Counted from the first letter of the stretch, positions 11,791-22,746 are shown. The stretch is 64,000 bases of DNA from an uncultured Pelagibacteraceae bacterium (GCA_902623975.1 CACNVR010000001.1:51965-115964), one strand, 5' to 3'. Notes: generated by a model not told the origin, from the sequence alone. Translations and numbers: made by a program.

Positions 11791-12837
11791 TTATTTTATC
11801 AGTTCTTTAAATACTTTTACACTTTGGTTTATTTCATTGACATCATGTACTCTTAAAATTTGAACCCCTTGCATCATTAAAAAAATACTTGAGCTTATTG
11901 TGCCTCCCAATCTTAAATAACTATCATTAATACCAGATAGTTCTTTAATAAATTTTTTCCTGGATATTCCGAGTAATATAGGAAAACCCAATGAATGGTA
12001 AATCGATATATCTCTTATAATCTTCATATTATGTTTCAAATTTTTTCCAAATCCTATTCCTGGATCTAAAATTATATTGTTGTGTCTAATACCAATTTTT
12101 CTCAAATATCTTATCTTTTCCTCAAAAAAATCATAAATATCTAATAAGACATTATTATATTTTGGATTATTTTGCATAACATCTGGAGTCCCAAGTGAAT
12201 GTTGTAAAACGAAAGGTATCTGTAATTTTTTTAAAACATCTATTGTATTGTCGTCATAGCTAAGACCAGAAACATCATTTATTAACTTAACCCCTAAATT
12301 TATTCCTTTTGCCATTATGCTAGATTTTCTAGTATCTAAAGATATAAATTTTTTTTTATCAACATTCTTTAAAATATTTTTTATTCTCTTCCATTCTTTT
12401 TTAGAATTTATAGGTTTTGAACCAGGCCTTGTAGACTCTCCACCTATATCAACAATATCTGCACCACATTTAAAAAGGTGTTTCATTTGTTTTTTTGCTA
12501 AGTGATCTTTATTGAATCTACCTCCATCTGAAAAACTATCAGGAGTAACATTTAATATTCCCATTATTTTGGGAATTGAATTAAATTTCAAATTTTTAAA
12601 TTTTTTGGGTGCAATTATTGTTTTAAGGTCTTTTTTAATTTTTTTTCTTTTAAGGTAAGAAAGATTGTTAATTTCATTGATAGATATCTTTTTTTTAAAT
12701 TTTCTAGAGATTATTTCTATATGATCAAAAGATATCTCCTTACGACCATTTAATGATAAGCTCTTTTTTTTTTTTACTAAAGACTTTGAGTGGGTCCCAT
12801 AATAGAAATTACACACTCTTGTGTAATATCTTGGCAT
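11791..12837 (-). CDS. folP: Dihydropteroate synthase with N-terminal extension
   Basis: MGILNVTPDSFSDGG, GGESTRPG, DPGIGFGK, SRK, RVHDV; about 85 extra N-terminal residues. Confidence 0.96.
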   Translation of the reverse strand: MPRYYTRVCNFYYGTHSKSLVKKKKSLSLNGRKEISFDHIEIISRKFKKKISINEINNLSYLKRKKIKKDLKTIIAPKKFKNLKFNSIPKIMGILNVTPDSFSDGGRFNKDHLAKKQMKHLFKCGADIVDIGGESTRPGSKPINSKKEWKRIKNILKNVDKKKFISLDTRKSSIMAKGINLGVKLINDVSGLSYDDNTIDVLKKLQIPFVLQHSLGTPDVMQNNPKYNNVLLDIYDFFEEKIRYLRKIGIRHNNIILDPGIGFGKNLKHNMKIIRDISIYHSLGFPILLGISRKKFIKELSGINDSYLRLGGTISSSIFLMMQGVQILRVHDVNEINQSVKVFKELIK

Positions 12838-12842
12838 TTTTA

Positions 12843-14738
12843 TTAATGAACAATTTTTGGTTTTAGACCCATGGCACTTAAAGCAGAGCCTTTGTCATCT
12901 TCAACTTTTAAATCTTGTTTATCTTTTGGATAGACGTTTTTGTTAATTAAATTTTCAATTTCCTCACCTGATAAAGTCTCGTATGTTAAGAGAGCTTTAG
13001 CAAGCTTATGTAAATCATCAATTTTTTCAGTTAATACTTTTCTTGCTCTTTCATAACCTTTATCTACAATTTTTCTAATTTCTGAGTCAACTTTTCTTGC
13101 AGTTTCCTCTGACATGTTTTGTTGTCTTGCGACAGATCTACCTAAGAAAACTTCTTCCTCATTTTCTCCATAAGCAACAGGACCCAATTCTTTACTTAAA
13201 CCCGCTCTCATAACCATGGCTCTAGCTCTTTTTGTTGCTTGTTCAATATCACTAGCAGCACCTGTAGTTACTTTATCTTCACCAAATATAATTTCTTCAG
13301 CAACTCTTCCACCCATAGCAATAGCTAATTGTGCATGTAATTGTTCTCGAGTTTGAGATAGTTCATCTCGTTCAGGTAATTGCATAACCATTCCAAGAGC
13401 CCTTCCTCTTGGAATTATTGTTGCTTTATGAATTGGATAAGCTGCATCTTCATTTATTGTTACTATGGCATGACCTGCTTCATGATATGCTGTTAATGTT
13501 TTTTCTTCTTCTGTCATTACCATTGATCTTCGCTCAGATCCCATCATTACTTTATCCTTTGCTTCCTCAAATTCATTGAGTGTAACTATTCTTTTGTTTT
13601 TTCTAGCAGCTAACAATGCCGCTTCATTTACTAAATTCGCAAGATCAGCACCTGAGAAACCAGGCGTCCCTCTTGCAATAATTCTTAAATTTACATCTGG
13701 AGCCATCTTAATTTTTTTAACATGAACTTTTAAAATTTTTTCTCTTCCAATAATATCTGGATTTGAAACTACTACTTGTCTATCAAATCTACCTGGTCTC
13801 AAAAGAGCGGGATCCAAAACATCAGGTCTATTTGTAGCAGCAATTATAATCACTCCTTCATTTGTATCAAATCCATCCATCTCAACCAGTAATTGGTTTA
13901 AAGTTTGTTCTCTCTCATCATTACCGCCACCTAAGCCAGCACCTCTGCTTCTTCCAACAGCATCTATTTCATCAATAAATATTATACACGGTGAATTTTT
14001 TTTTCCTTGTTCAAACATATCTCTGACTCTAGATGCTCCAACACCAACGAACATTTCTACAAAATCTGATCCTGAGATAGTAAAGAATGGTACTCCAGCT
14101 TCACCTGCTATAGCTCTAGCAAGTAGCGTTTTTCCTGTACCAGGAGGTCCAACTAGCAAAGCGCCTCTAGGTATTTTTCCACCAAGTCTACTAAACTTTT
14201 TGGGATCCTTCAAAAATTCTACTATTTCTTCAACTTCTTCTTTGGCTTCTTCCACACCTGCAACGTCATTAAATGTTACTTTTCCTTTTAATTCATTCAT
14301 CATCTTAGCTTTAGATCTTCCAAAACCCATCGCACCACCTTTGCCACCTTGCATTTGTCTCATAAAAAAAATCCAAACTGCAATTAATAAAAGCATTGGA
14401 AACCAAGAGAGAAGTACTCCAAATAATGAAGGCATTTTTTCCTCAATCGGAGCTGCGGAAATACTTACTCCCTTATCAGAGAGTTTTTCAATTAAGTTAG
14501 GATCATTCGGTGAGTAAGTAGTAAAGTTGTTCCCATTAGAGTATACTCCTTTTATATTGTTACCTTGGATTTCTACTTTAAGAACCTCACCATTATCTAC
14601 TGATGTTAAAAATTCAGAAAATATAACTTGATTTCCACCTCTGATGTTTGACTGTGGATTTTTAAACATATTATATAGACCAATAGTCAAAAACACTATT
14701 ATTGCCCACATAGCTATATTTTTTATATTCATATTCAT
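12843..14738 (-). CDS. ftsH: ATP-dependent zinc metalloprotease FtsH (start may be ATG 14732)
   Basis: Two N-terminal TM segments, [17 protein letters not shown] motif, HEAGH. Confidence 0.99.
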   Translation of the reverse strand: MNMNIKNIAMWAIIVFLTIGLYNMFKNPQSNIRGGNQVIFSEFLTSVDNGEVLKVEIQGNNIKGVYSNGNNFTTYSPNDPNLIEKLSDKGVSISAAPIEEKMPSLFGVLLSWFPMLLLIAVWIFFMRQMQGGKGGAMGFGRSKAKMMNELKGKVTFNDVAGVEEAKEEVEEIVEFLKDPKKFSRLGGKIPRGALLVGPPGTGKTLLARAIAGEAGVPFFTISGSDFVEMFVGVGASRVRDMFEQGKKNSPCIIFIDEIDAVGRSRGAGLGGGNDEREQTLNQLLVEMDGFDTNEGVIIIAATNRPDVLDPALLRPGRFDRQVVVSNPDIIGREKILKVHVKKIKMAPDVNLRIIARGTPGFSGADLANLVNEAALLAARKNKRIVTLNEFEEAKDKVMMGSERRSMVMTEEEKTLTAYHEAGHAIVTINEDAAYPIHKATIIPRGRALGMVMQLPERDELSQTREQLHAQLAIAMGGRVAEEIIFGEDKVTTGAASDIEQATKRARAMVMRAGLSKELGPVAYGENEEEVFLGRSVARQQNMSEETARKVDSEIRKIVDKGYERARKVLTEKIDDLHKLAKALLTYETLSGEEIENLINKNVYPKDKQDLKVEDDKGSALSAMGLKPKIVH

Positions 14739-14739
14739 A

Positions 14740-14767
14740 AAATAAGAATTATTCTAAATTAAACAAG
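14740..14767 (-). promoter_or_regulatory. Candidate RpoH-type promoter of ftsH
   Basis: Minus strand reads CTTG-N17-CTTATTT, matching the alphaproteobacterial CTTG-N17/18-CyTATnT consensus. Cannot be cleanly separated from the similar RpoD consensus. Confidence 0.5.
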
Positions 14768-14795
14768 TGGCATTTTTGCTTAAAGATAAGATAAT

Positions 14796-15824
14796 TCAGT
14801 GCTCTTTTCTTAAAATTACTGTTTGATTGACTTTTTCAATGATACAACCACCCAAAGTTACCTTTGATAATTGGTTATTTTTAAAGTTTGAGACGATTCT
14901 GTCTAATTTTTTACCTCGAACTGAGTATTTTTTGTTACCAACCAAGCTTATTGAGTCTGAAAGAGATCTAAAAACAACTTCGTAAGGTTGCAAAAAAAAT
15001 TCTTTACTTAAAATTAGATTACCTTTTGATTTTGAGAAAAAAGAATTCTTTTTTAAATTTTCTTTTACATAAAAATTTACCACAGCATTTGAACTTTTTA
15101 AGTTATTTAATGTTTTTAAAAACTTAATCTCATCAAAACCATTTTTTTGAAATTCTTTTATAATTTTTCTTATTTTTACTCTTTGAAATTTTTCGTCATA
15201 ATTTGAAGGATCTTTTACATAAAATTTAAAGACATGTTTTGATAAAAATACTAAATCACTCTTTTTATGACCTAATAATGGTCTGTGTAAATTGATACTA
15301 TTGATATTTGTTTTTTTATCTAATGAAATTAAACCCTTTAATCCACTACCCCTTAACATTCTAATAAAAAAATTCTCAAATAAATCATTCTGATGATGTC
15401 CTAAAAGAATATTTGAAATTTTATACTTTTTACAATTTTCAGTTAAAAGTTTATATCTTTTTTCTCTAGCTAAAGATTGTACGTTTTTTAATGGCTTTTT
15501 TCCCTTCCAGGTCAAAATATCTGAATTGATGAAGAATCTTTTTAAAATTTTTTTTACTAATTTGGCCTCAACAGTTGAGCTACGTCTTAGTTTATGATCA
15601 ACAATAAGAAACTTGCAATTTATCTTTTTTTTTAAGGAATAAATCTTAGCTAGAAAAGATAAAGCTAGACTATCAGGTCCTCCTGAGACTGCAACGGCAA
15701 AGCTCTCATTTAATTGCAAATTCTTTTCAAATTTTTTATAAATTTGATTAACTTTTTTGTTTTTTAATTTGCTAATTAAAAGATTACGAATTTTGGTTTT
15801 TGCACTCAAACTTTTGAGACTCAT
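14796..15824 (-). CDS. tilS: tRNA(Ile)-lysidine synthetase
   Basis: PP-loop AVSGGPDS, VDHKLR, AREKRY, GHHQND, RGSG, DPSN. Confidence 0.96.
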   Translation of the reverse strand: MSLKSLSAKTKIRNLLISKLKNKKVNQIYKKFEKNLQLNESFAVAVSGGPDSLALSFLAKIYSLKKKINCKFLIVDHKLRRSSTVEAKLVKKILKRFFINSDILTWKGKKPLKNVQSLAREKRYKLLTENCKKYKISNILLGHHQNDLFENFFIRMLRGSGLKGLISLDKKTNINSINLHRPLLGHKKSDLVFLSKHVFKFYVKDPSNYDEKFQRVKIRKIIKEFQKNGFDEIKFLKTLNNLKSSNAVVNFYVKENLKKNSFFSKSKGNLILSKEFFLQPYEVVFRSLSDSISLVGNKKYSVRGKKLDRIVSNFKNNQLSKVTLGGCIIEKVNQTVILRKEH

Positions 15825-16764
15825 ATTTTGCTTTTTGGATCACAGATTGATTAGCGTTTGGATATTGTTTTTCAACACCATTGATCATTTTACAACCTTG
15901 GTCTTTTTCTCCAATCTGAACCATCGAAACTCCAAGTTTTAGCAAATTAACAGGTGCTTTTTCACCTTTAGGGTATTTTTGATATCCTTCAAGATATGCT
16001 GAAGCTGCATCAGTATATAGTTGCCTAATTCTAAATGTTTCAGCGTACCAATATTGTGCATTACCCGCTAAATCATGCTCTGGGTTTGATAAAACAAATT
16101 CTCTGAAAGCTCTTTCAGCAGTTGAATAATCTCCAACTTTTAAAAAACTCACAGCAAAATCGTATTGTTTTTTTGGATCTTCATTAGGAAGAATTTTTTC
16201 CTCGGTCTGAAAAGTTTCTGTCACAATAGTTGCAGTGGTATCAACAGATTGAATTTTTTGAGAAGTTTCATTAGTTTCTGTATCTTTGTAAGATACTGAA
16301 CCAAGATCTTGTGGCTGTGAGCTGCCTGGCAGATTATTATTTTTTAATTCATCAGTCTTTTGACTTATTTTTCTATCAGTTCCATCTGTTACTAAACCTT
16401 TCTCTAAATCCTGAAATCTTATTTGATTATCTGCCTGAACTTTTGATAGACGATTGGATAACTTATCTAATTTAAAATTTATTTCCTCAAATTTATTAGT
16501 TAATTGTTGAAATTGATTTTCAATTTCAGATAACTTCAAGAGGTGCCTGGTTAAAACGTCCTCAGAGTTATCAATATTCGAATTACTATCAGATTGTAAA
16601 GATCCAGAATAAACTGCTTTTTCCAAAGTTTTAATATCTTTTTTAATAATTTCTAAAGTTTCAAAGATATCTTTTTCTTCCGATAGTGTCGTTGTGCTAA
16701 TTAAAAAAGAAACAATTAAAAGAAAATATAGTTTTAGAAATTTTGTAACACAGTTCATTAACAA
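15784..16764 (-). CDS. cpoB: Tol-Pal associated CpoB/YbgF (coiled coil plus TPR)
   Basis: Signal peptide, coiled coil, TPR segment AGNAQYWYAE and YPKGEKAP..LLKLG; follows pal. Confidence 0.92.
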   Translation of the reverse strand: MLMNCVTKFLKLYFLLIVSFLISTTTLSEEKDIFETLEIIKKDIKTLEKAVYSGSLQSDSNSNIDNSEDVLTRHLLKLSEIENQFQQLTNKFEEINFKLDKLSNRLSKVQADNQIRFQDLEKGLVTDGTDRKISQKTDELKNNNLPGSSQPQDLGSVSYKDTETNETSQKIQSVDTTATIVTETFQTEEKILPNEDPKKQYDFAVSFLKVGDYSTAERAFREFVLSNPEHDLAGNAQYWYAETFRIRQLYTDAASAYLEGYQKYPKGEKAPVNLLKLGVSMVQIGEKDQGCKMINGVEKQYPNANQSVIQKAKYESQKFECKNQNS

Positions 16765-16785
16765 CTTTATGATTATAATAATGGC

Positions 16786-16827
16786 AAAAAAAAGACCCTT
16801 AAAAAAATAATATTTTAAGGGTCTTTT
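16786..16827 (-). terminator. Intrinsic terminator downstream of pal
   Basis: Perfect 15-bp inverted repeat AAAAGACCCTTAAAA (16790-16804) / TTTTAAGGGTCTTTT (16813-16827), running into a U8 tract on the minus strand. Confidence 0.85.
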
Positions 16828-16838
16828 AAGTTTAAAAT

Positions 16839-17318
16839 TTAATTAGCTTTAACTGTAACTGATCTTCTATTTTTTGACCAAGCTAAAGGATTTGATCCAG
16901 AGTCTACTGGTCTCTCTTTACCATAACTTAAAACTGATATTCTATCAGACGAAATTCCATAAGTCATAAGATAATCTTTTGCAGCATTAGCTCTTCTTTC
17001 ACCTAATGCTAAGTTATACTCTCTAGTACCTCTTTCGTCAGCGTGACCTTCTAGTACAATAGTTACTTTAGAATTTTTTCTTAGCCATGCAGCTTGTTTT
17101 CTCAAAGTTTCTCTTGAAGCAGTTGTTAATACAGACTCGTTTGTTGCAAAAAATACTCTGTCAGGCACACCAGAAGCTAAATACTCTACTGTGTCTGTTC
17201 CTGTGTAAACATCACCTTGCATTTGTCCAGATGATTTTTTAGACGTTGCACAAGCTGAAAGTGCCAAACATGCTAGAACTACTAAAAAAGCATTTTTTAG
17301 AATTTTGTTTAATTTCAT
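16839..17318 (-). CDS. pal: Peptidoglycan-associated lipoprotein Pal
   Basis: Lipobox LSAC, OmpA-like domain EGHADERGTREYNLALGERRA, NRR; SD AAGGAG upstream. Confidence 0.98.
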   Translation of the reverse strand: MKLNKILKNAFLVVLACLALSACATSKKSSGQMQGDVYTGTDTVEYLASGVPDRVFFATNESVLTTASRETLRKQAAWLRKNSKVTIVLEGHADERGTREYNLALGERRANAAKDYLMTYGISSDRISVLSYGKERPVDSGSNPLAWSKNRRSVTVKAN

Positions 17319-17403
17319 TATAACTCCTTGATCAATATTACTTATTAATATTTATTCACAACTAAATAGATGTTTCAAGTTAAAAAATCAAGATAATTCC
17401 TAA

Positions 17404-18744
17404 TTAATTGCTTAATAATGATGACCACGATGGGTCAGATGCATCCGTTGGGGTGTTAACTAATCTTTCATTATAACCTGTTAGATCAATCGACCATAAT
17501 TTAGCTGAAAAACCCTCTCCTTTATCATCAGTCTTTGTTTCTCTATAAAAAATCAAAACTCTTCCATTGGGGGACCAGGACGGAGCCTCTTGGTAGAAAT
17601 TTTCAGTTAATAATCTTTCACCCGATCCATCTATTCTCATAACTCCAATATAAAATTTCCCTTTATGTAACTTTGTGAATGCAATCAGATCTCCTCTTGG
17701 AGACCAGACTGGTGTGCCGTAAAGTCCTTTGCCGAAAGAAATTCTTTTTACATTTGTTCCATCACTCTTCATGATATAAATTTGTTGATAACCACTTCTA
17801 TCTGAATTAAAACAAATATATTTCCCATCAGGTGAATAAGAAGGTGAGGTATCAATTGATGGGTGATTTGTGATTTTTTCTACAACTCTATTTTCTAAAT
17901 CCATAGTATAAATATCAGAGTTCCCATCTTTGGCAAAACTCATTATAATTTTTTTTCCATTAGGAGAAAATCTTGGTGCAAATGTCATACCAGGAAAATC
18001 ACCAACAACTTCTTGCATTCCAGTTTCAATATCAAGTAAATACACTCTTGGTAAATTTCTAAAGTAAGATAAATAAGTTACCATTTGACTTGTTGGATTA
18101 AATCTTGGTGTTAAAACGAGCTCGTTTCCTAAAGTTAAAAATTTATTATTTTCTCCATCTTGATCCATTATTGCCAATTTTTTGATTCTTTTAGTTTTAG
18201 GACCATCCTCTGCAACATAAATAATTCTTGTATCAAAATATCCCTTTTCACCAGTGAGACGTTCATAAACCTTATCAGTAATAATATGTCCAACTCGTCT
18301 CCAATTTGTAGGTACAGTTGTAAATGCTAAAGCCATCATCTCTTTACCTGCTAAAATGTCCCACAATCTAAACTCTACTCTCATTTTCTCATCAATCAGA
18401 TTTACTTTGCCTGTGATAAGAGCCTGGGCTTTAATTAAATTCCAATCTTCAAATCGAGGTTTCAAATTCGCAATATCAGGTGCTTGAAGAAATGCATCTT
18501 TATCTAAAGGATTAAAAAGCCCTGAAGTTTTAAGATTTTTTTCAACAATAACTGAAATTTCTGAACCAATATTTTTTTTATTTAAAATTTGTTCAAATTT
18601 TTTTCTAGACTCCTCATCAATAGATAGTGGAGATACTGCAATTGGTAAGGGATTTAAATTTCCTCTAGTAATATCAACTTCTATTAATGACCAAGCATAA
18701 ATTGGCCAAAATACAAAAAAAATTATATATAAAAATCTTTTCAT
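17404..18744 (-). CDS. tolB: Tol-Pal beta-propeller protein TolB
   Basis: Signal peptide, GYFDTRI, repeated PxxSPxG (PD40) motifs. Confidence 0.97.
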   Translation of the reverse strand: MKRFLYIIFFVFWPIYAWSLIEVDITRGNLNPLPIAVSPLSIDEESRKKFEQILNKKNIGSEISVIVEKNLKTSGLFNPLDKDAFLQAPDIANLKPRFEDWNLIKAQALITGKVNLIDEKMRVEFRLWDILAGKEMMALAFTTVPTNWRRVGHIITDKVYERLTGEKGYFDTRIIYVAEDGPKTKRIKKLAIMDQDGENNKFLTLGNELVLTPRFNPTSQMVTYLSYFRNLPRVYLLDIETGMQEVVGDFPGMTFAPRFSPNGKKIIMSFAKDGNSDIYTMDLENRVVEKITNHPSIDTSPSYSPDGKYICFNSDRSGYQQIYIMKSDGTNVKRISFGKGLYGTPVWSPRGDLIAFTKLHKGKFYIGVMRIDGSGERLLTENFYQEAPSWSPNGRVLIFYRETKTDDKGEGFSAKLWSIDLTGYNERLVNTPTDASDPSWSSLLSN

Positions 18745-18753
18745 AAATATATA

Positions 18754-19563
18754 TTATCCTTCTAACATTTCTCTTGCATCAAAATTTAATTGTAATTCCT
18801 TCCATCTTTCGTAGCCAGTTGTAGGCACCCTTAATGGTTGGCACAATTTGATCGCCCTTAATGCGCTTTCAGCTAGCACTTTGTAAAAGCCTTGACCGGG
18901 TTTATTCATTCTAGCATGATCCAATATTTCCGACTGTAAAACGGTACCATCAGGATTTAGTTGTAGTTTAATTCTTACTAGTAAGTTTTCATTATATGGC
19001 AATCCTAAAGGTATACTCCAGCAACCAAATATTTGGGCCTTAAGAGCATCTTCTTCACTCAAAGATAAACCAATATTTTCTATATTCTTTTGTTGGTCTT
19101 GGGTCACTTTATCAATTTTATTAATTGTATCAGCAGTTTCTTCTTTTGATTTATCAATTAATGCAGCAATATTGTTTGGGTCAAATAGTTCATCTTTTTC
19201 AAATTCAGAAACTTGTTTAACCTCAGTGTCAATTTTTTCTGGATTTTGTTTATCTTCCTCTGGTTTTTTAACCTTTTCTACTTTTTCGTTAGGCAATGGG
19301 ACAGACTCTGGTTTAATTTTTTTCACTTTTTTTGGAGGTGCTTGCTCTGAAACTAACTTTTTCTCCTTTTCTTTTATTTCATCAATAATTTTTTTGGCTT
19401 TTGGAGCATATGGAATATTTGTCTTATCTGTAATTTGTATCAATTCTATAGATACAATAGGTGGGAGATCTATAGGTTTTTTTGCTAAAAAAGGTAAGCT
19501 TAGCGCCGTAATCATAATCAATACTAAATGCAGTACAGAAGAAATAAGTAAGCTCTTATTCAC
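18754..19563 (-). CDS. tolA: TolA-like energy transducer
   Basis: N-terminal TM with S..LH motif, K/E/P-rich linker, C-terminal domain QIFGCWSIP...AESALRAI; lies between tolR and tolB. Confidence 0.88.
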   Translation of the reverse strand: MNKSLLISSVLHLVLIMITALSLPFLAKKPIDLPPIVSIELIQITDKTNIPYAPKAKKIIDEIKEKEKKLVSEQAPPKKVKKIKPESVPLPNEKVEKVKKPEEDKQNPEKIDTEVKQVSEFEKDELFDPNNIAALIDKSKEETADTINKIDKVTQDQQKNIENIGLSLSEEDALKAQIFGCWSIPLGLPYNENLLVRIKLQLNPDGTVLQSEILDHARMNKPGQGFYKVLAESALRAIKLCQPLRVPTTGYERWKELQLNFDAREMLEG

Positions 19564-19569
19564 TTCTAA

Positions 19570-19986
19570 TTACCTTTCTTTATAAGGCTCAGATATAAGT
19601 GCAACTTTTGTAAAACCGGAGCCAGATAACAATCCCATTATTTCTAGCACCCTCCCATAATTAATTGTCTTATCTCCCCTTACATAAATCCTTGTATCAG
19701 TTCTATTTTTTGAGACTGCAAGGACTTTCGCAATGATTTTTTCATATTCCACTTTTGACTCTTGAATAAAAATTTCTCCTTTTGAATTAATTGACAAAGT
19801 AAGTGGCTCAGATTCTTCTGGAAGAGAGTCAGCAGAACTCTCAGGTAAATCAACCTGAACTCCAACAGTAAGTAAAGGGGCTGTTACCATGAATATTATT
19901 AAAAGAACCAACATTACATCAACAAAAGGTGTAACGTTAATTTCGCTCATTGGTTCTTTTGACGAACGATTTAGTTTAAAAGCCAT
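19570..19986 (-). CDS. tolR: TolR
   Basis: EINVTPFVDVMLVLLIIFMVTAP, RGD...YG. Confidence 0.96.
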   Translation of the reverse strand: MAFKLNRSSKEPMSEINVTPFVDVMLVLLIIFMVTAPLLTVGVQVDLPESSADSLPEESEPLTLSINSKGEIFIQESKVEYEKIIAKVLAVSKNRTDTRIYVRGDKTINYGRVLEIMGLLSGSGFTKVALISEPYKER

Positions 19987-19987
19987 T

Positions 19988-20662
19988 TTATATAATTGTT
20001 AAAAATCTTTTTGAAAAATTTTCTAATCTTTGAGAATATTTAATTGAGTCATTATTAAATTTATTATAAGCAATTACTGCTGGAATTGCTGCTAATAAAC
20101 CTAATGCAGTTGCAAACAAAGCCTCTGCAATACCTGGTGCAACAATAGCTAAGCTGGTATTTCTTGAAATTGCGATAGATTGAAATGAATTCATAATTCC
20201 CCAGACCGTACCGAATAGACCAATAAAAGGTGCTGTAGATCCAACTGTTGCAAGAAATGTAAAACCTTTGCTTATTTTAGACATTTGTTTTTCGATTCCA
20301 GTTTCCAACATTGTTGTCATTCTACTCTCAAGGTCTGATCTTGATTTCTTTTTTATCAAGCTTTGCATTGCTTCTTTAAAAACCAAAGCCATAGGATCTT
20401 CAATATTTGATGGAAGATTATTATAAAATGACTCAGCAGACTTAGAATTCCAAAATTTTTTTTCAAAATCTTCAGAAGTCTCATTTATTTTTTTGAATAA
20501 TCTGAACTTGTCAATTATCACAGCCCACGAATATATTGAGCAAGCAATTAATAAAATTATTACTGATTTAACAATAATGTCTGCTCTTAAAAATAAATTC
20601 ATCAACGAAAAATCAGCACTAGAGGCTAAACCTACGGCTTGGGTCGAAATATCAGCTTCCAT
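19988..20662 (-). CDS. tolQ: TolQ
   Basis: FLATVGSTAPFIGLFGTVWGIM, VAPGIAEALFATA. Confidence 0.97.
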   Translation of the reverse strand: MEADISTQAVGLASSADFSLMNLFLRADIIVKSVIILLIACSIYSWAVIIDKFRLFKKINETSEDFEKKFWNSKSAESFYNNLPSNIEDPMALVFKEAMQSLIKKKSRSDLESRMTTMLETGIEKQMSKISKGFTFLATVGSTAPFIGLFGTVWGIMNSFQSIAISRNTSLAIVAPGIAEALFATALGLLAAIPAVIAYNKFNNDSIKYSQRLENFSKRFLTII

Positions 20663-20713
20663 GATGTCTTCTCACACTTAATTGTGTCATGATTTTGTCT
20701 TTTAACTTTAGTA

Positions 20714-21208
20714 TTATTCCTCTATTTTGTGGGTTTCATAATAAAAACTCGCAATCAAAATTGCATCTGCTTTATTCGCATCTTTTTTTTTGGATAAATT
20801 TGATGAAAAATAAGGAAATATCTCTATAGCTCTTGTTCTACTGGCATCTTTTTCAGTATTAATTAGGTTAAAGTATTTTTTCCATTTAGCTGGTCTAACA
20901 AAAAAAATAGGTAACTGCATTGCTGAACATATTCCTTTCAAAATACCAAATGATTGGCCAAAATTAAACATACTAGTAACACCCTGTCCTGGCATCGCTG
21001 ATACTTGTTCAACAACTACTCTTACATTTTGATTATTTGCTTTATTGATCATTTTCAAAAATTCATTATAAATTTGAGAACCGTTAACTTGTTTTTTATT
21101 TTTTTTCCCCTCTATCATGGTTGGCATGTCAATAACATCAAGTATTCTACCCTCCTCTAAAAAGCAAATTGAACCAGAAATACCAGGATCTATTCCGATG
21201 ATTAACAT
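20714..21208 (-). CDS. RuvC-fold Holliday junction resolvase, MOC1/phage-like subtype
   Basis: IIGIDPG (catalytic D), VVVEQV (catalytic E), PAKWKK, ADAILIA (catalytic D); sits in the ruvC position after yebC. Confidence 0.8.
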   Translation of the reverse strand: MLIIGIDPGISGSICFLEEGRILDVIDMPTMIEGKKNKKQVNGSQIYNEFLKMINKANNQNVRVVVEQVSAMPGQGVTSMFNFGQSFGILKGICSAMQLPIFFVRPAKWKKYFNLINTEKDASRTRAIEIFPYFSSNLSKKKDANKADAILIASFYYETHKIEE

Positions 21209-21211
21209 AGT

Positions 21212-21934
21212 CTATTGCTCCAACTCTGCATTGGAGTAAAAGTTTTGAATATCATCCTCTTCATCTAATGTCTCAAAAAAATTTACCAGTTCTTCACTTT
21301 TATTTTTGGGTATTAAAACACAGTTTAGTGGTTTCCACTCTATTTCTGTTGAAATAAAATTTGAAATATTTTTCTCCAATTCTTTTTTAACATTATAAAT
21401 TTCATTCACTGAACATTGGATTTCATGATAATCATCTTTTGATATGCATTCATTAGCTCCTGCTTCTATAGCGAGTTCAAAAATATGTTCATCAGAAATT
21501 TCACTTTTATTGACCTTGATTATACCAAGTTGATTAAAATTATGTGAAGCTGAACCTTGAGTTCCAAGACTTCCACCAGCTTTTTGAAAAATAGTTCTGA
21601 TTTTAGAGGCAGTTCTGTTTTTATTGTCAGTCAAAGTCTCAATAATAACTGCTACTTTTTCAGGTCCAAAACCCTCGTATCTTAAATTTTCAAAATTTAG
21701 TTCTGTGTTGATGGATGATTTATCGATTGCTCTCTCAATATTGTCTTTCGGCATATTTGCAGATCTCGCTGATTGTATTGCAGATCTTAACCTTGGATTC
21801 ATAGCTGGGTCTTTGTCACCCAATTTTGCAGCTACTGTAATTTCTTTTGATAATTTTGAAAAAATTTTAGATCTTTGTTTATCAGCTTTACCTTTTTTAT
21901 GTTTTATGCCTGCCCAATGAGAATGTCCTGCCAT
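21212..21934 (-). CDS. yebC: YebC/PmpR family protein
   Basis: MAGHSHWAGIKHKK, NPRLR, NMPKDNIERAI, YEGFGP, TDNKNRT. Confidence 0.97.
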   Translation of the reverse strand: MAGHSHWAGIKHKKGKADKQRSKIFSKLSKEITVAAKLGDKDPAMNPRLRSAIQSARSANMPKDNIERAIDKSSINTELNFENLRYEGFGPEKVAVIIETLTDNKNRTASKIRTIFQKAGGSLGTQGSASHNFNQLGIIKVNKSEISDEHIFELAIEAGANECISKDDYHEIQCSVNEIYNVKKELEKNISNFISTEIEWKPLNCVLIPKNKSEELVNFFETLDEEDDIQNFYSNAELEQ

Positions 21935-21941
21935 AAGAAAA

Positions 21942-22745
21942 CTAAGTATTGCTTAACTGTCCTCCAAATATATAACTTTTAATTGAATTTGCTAACCCAG
22001 TTTCTATATTACAATCTACTATAACTCCACTTAAAGTGGCTTCTCCATTTGCAGGGAAATGTTTAACTGAGTCTTTTTTCATAAATCTATTTAACGAATT
22101 GTCTTTATTCATTCCTATTACAGAGTCATAATCTCCACACATGCCTGCGTCTGTTTGATATGCAGTACCATTTTTTAAAACTCTTGCATCATTAGTTGGA
22201 ATATGAGTATGAGTGCCAATCACTAATGTTGCTTTTCCATCAAAATAATGTCCGATTGCATTTTTTTCACTTGTTATCTCTCCATGAAAGTCGACTATGA
22301 GAAGATCAAAATCTTTTTTTAATTTATAGTTATTAATAAATTGTTTTGCACTTTCAAAAACATTTTCACATTTTTTCATGAAAACGTTGCCCATTAAATT
22401 AAGAACTCCAATTTTAATATCATTTTTTGTTTTATAGATTTCAAAACCTTTTCCAGGTGCTGGCTCAAATAAATTTTTTGGTCTTAGTAGTCGATTTTCA
22501 TTTTCAATAAATTTCATCAGATCTTTTTGATCCCAAACGTGATTACCTGTTGTAATTACATCTACACCACATTCAAAAAAGTTTTCACATATCTCTTTTG
22601 TGAGACCCACACCTGTTTCGTCTGCATTTTCACCATTAACAATTACAAAATTTATTTTGTTTTTTTCTATTTGATTTAAAAGATCTTTTTTAATTTTAGA
22701 ACAACCTGAAATTCCAACAACATCTCCTAAAAATAATATTTTCAT
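21942..22745 (-). CDS. ymdB: YmdB/TIGR00282 family metallophosphoesterase
   Basis: LFLGDVVG, NGENA, TTGNH, DFHGE.TSEK, GTHTHIPT, TDAGMCG. Confidence 0.93.
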   Translation of the reverse strand: MKILFLGDVVGISGCSKIKKDLLNQIEKNKINFVIVNGENADETGVGLTKEICENFFECGVDVITTGNHVWDQKDLMKFIENENRLLRPKNLFEPAPGKGFEIYKTKNDIKIGVLNLMGNVFMKKCENVFESAKQFINNYKLKKDFDLLIVDFHGEITSEKNAIGHYFDGKATLVIGTHTHIPTNDARVLKNGTAYQTDAGMCGDYDSVIGMNKDNSLNRFMKKDSVKHFPANGEATLSGVIVDCNIETGLANSIKSYIFGGQLSNT

Positions 22746-22746
22746 T

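Noticed and set aside
12580-12837. N-terminal extension of FolP as a novel fused domain
   Set aside because: Similar extensions occur on other alphaproteobacterial FolP proteins as far as I recall, and no catalytic motif is visible.
15784-15824. 41-nt overlap of cpoB and tilS
   Set aside because: Probably a start-site choice or ordinary compaction; both proteins are complete.
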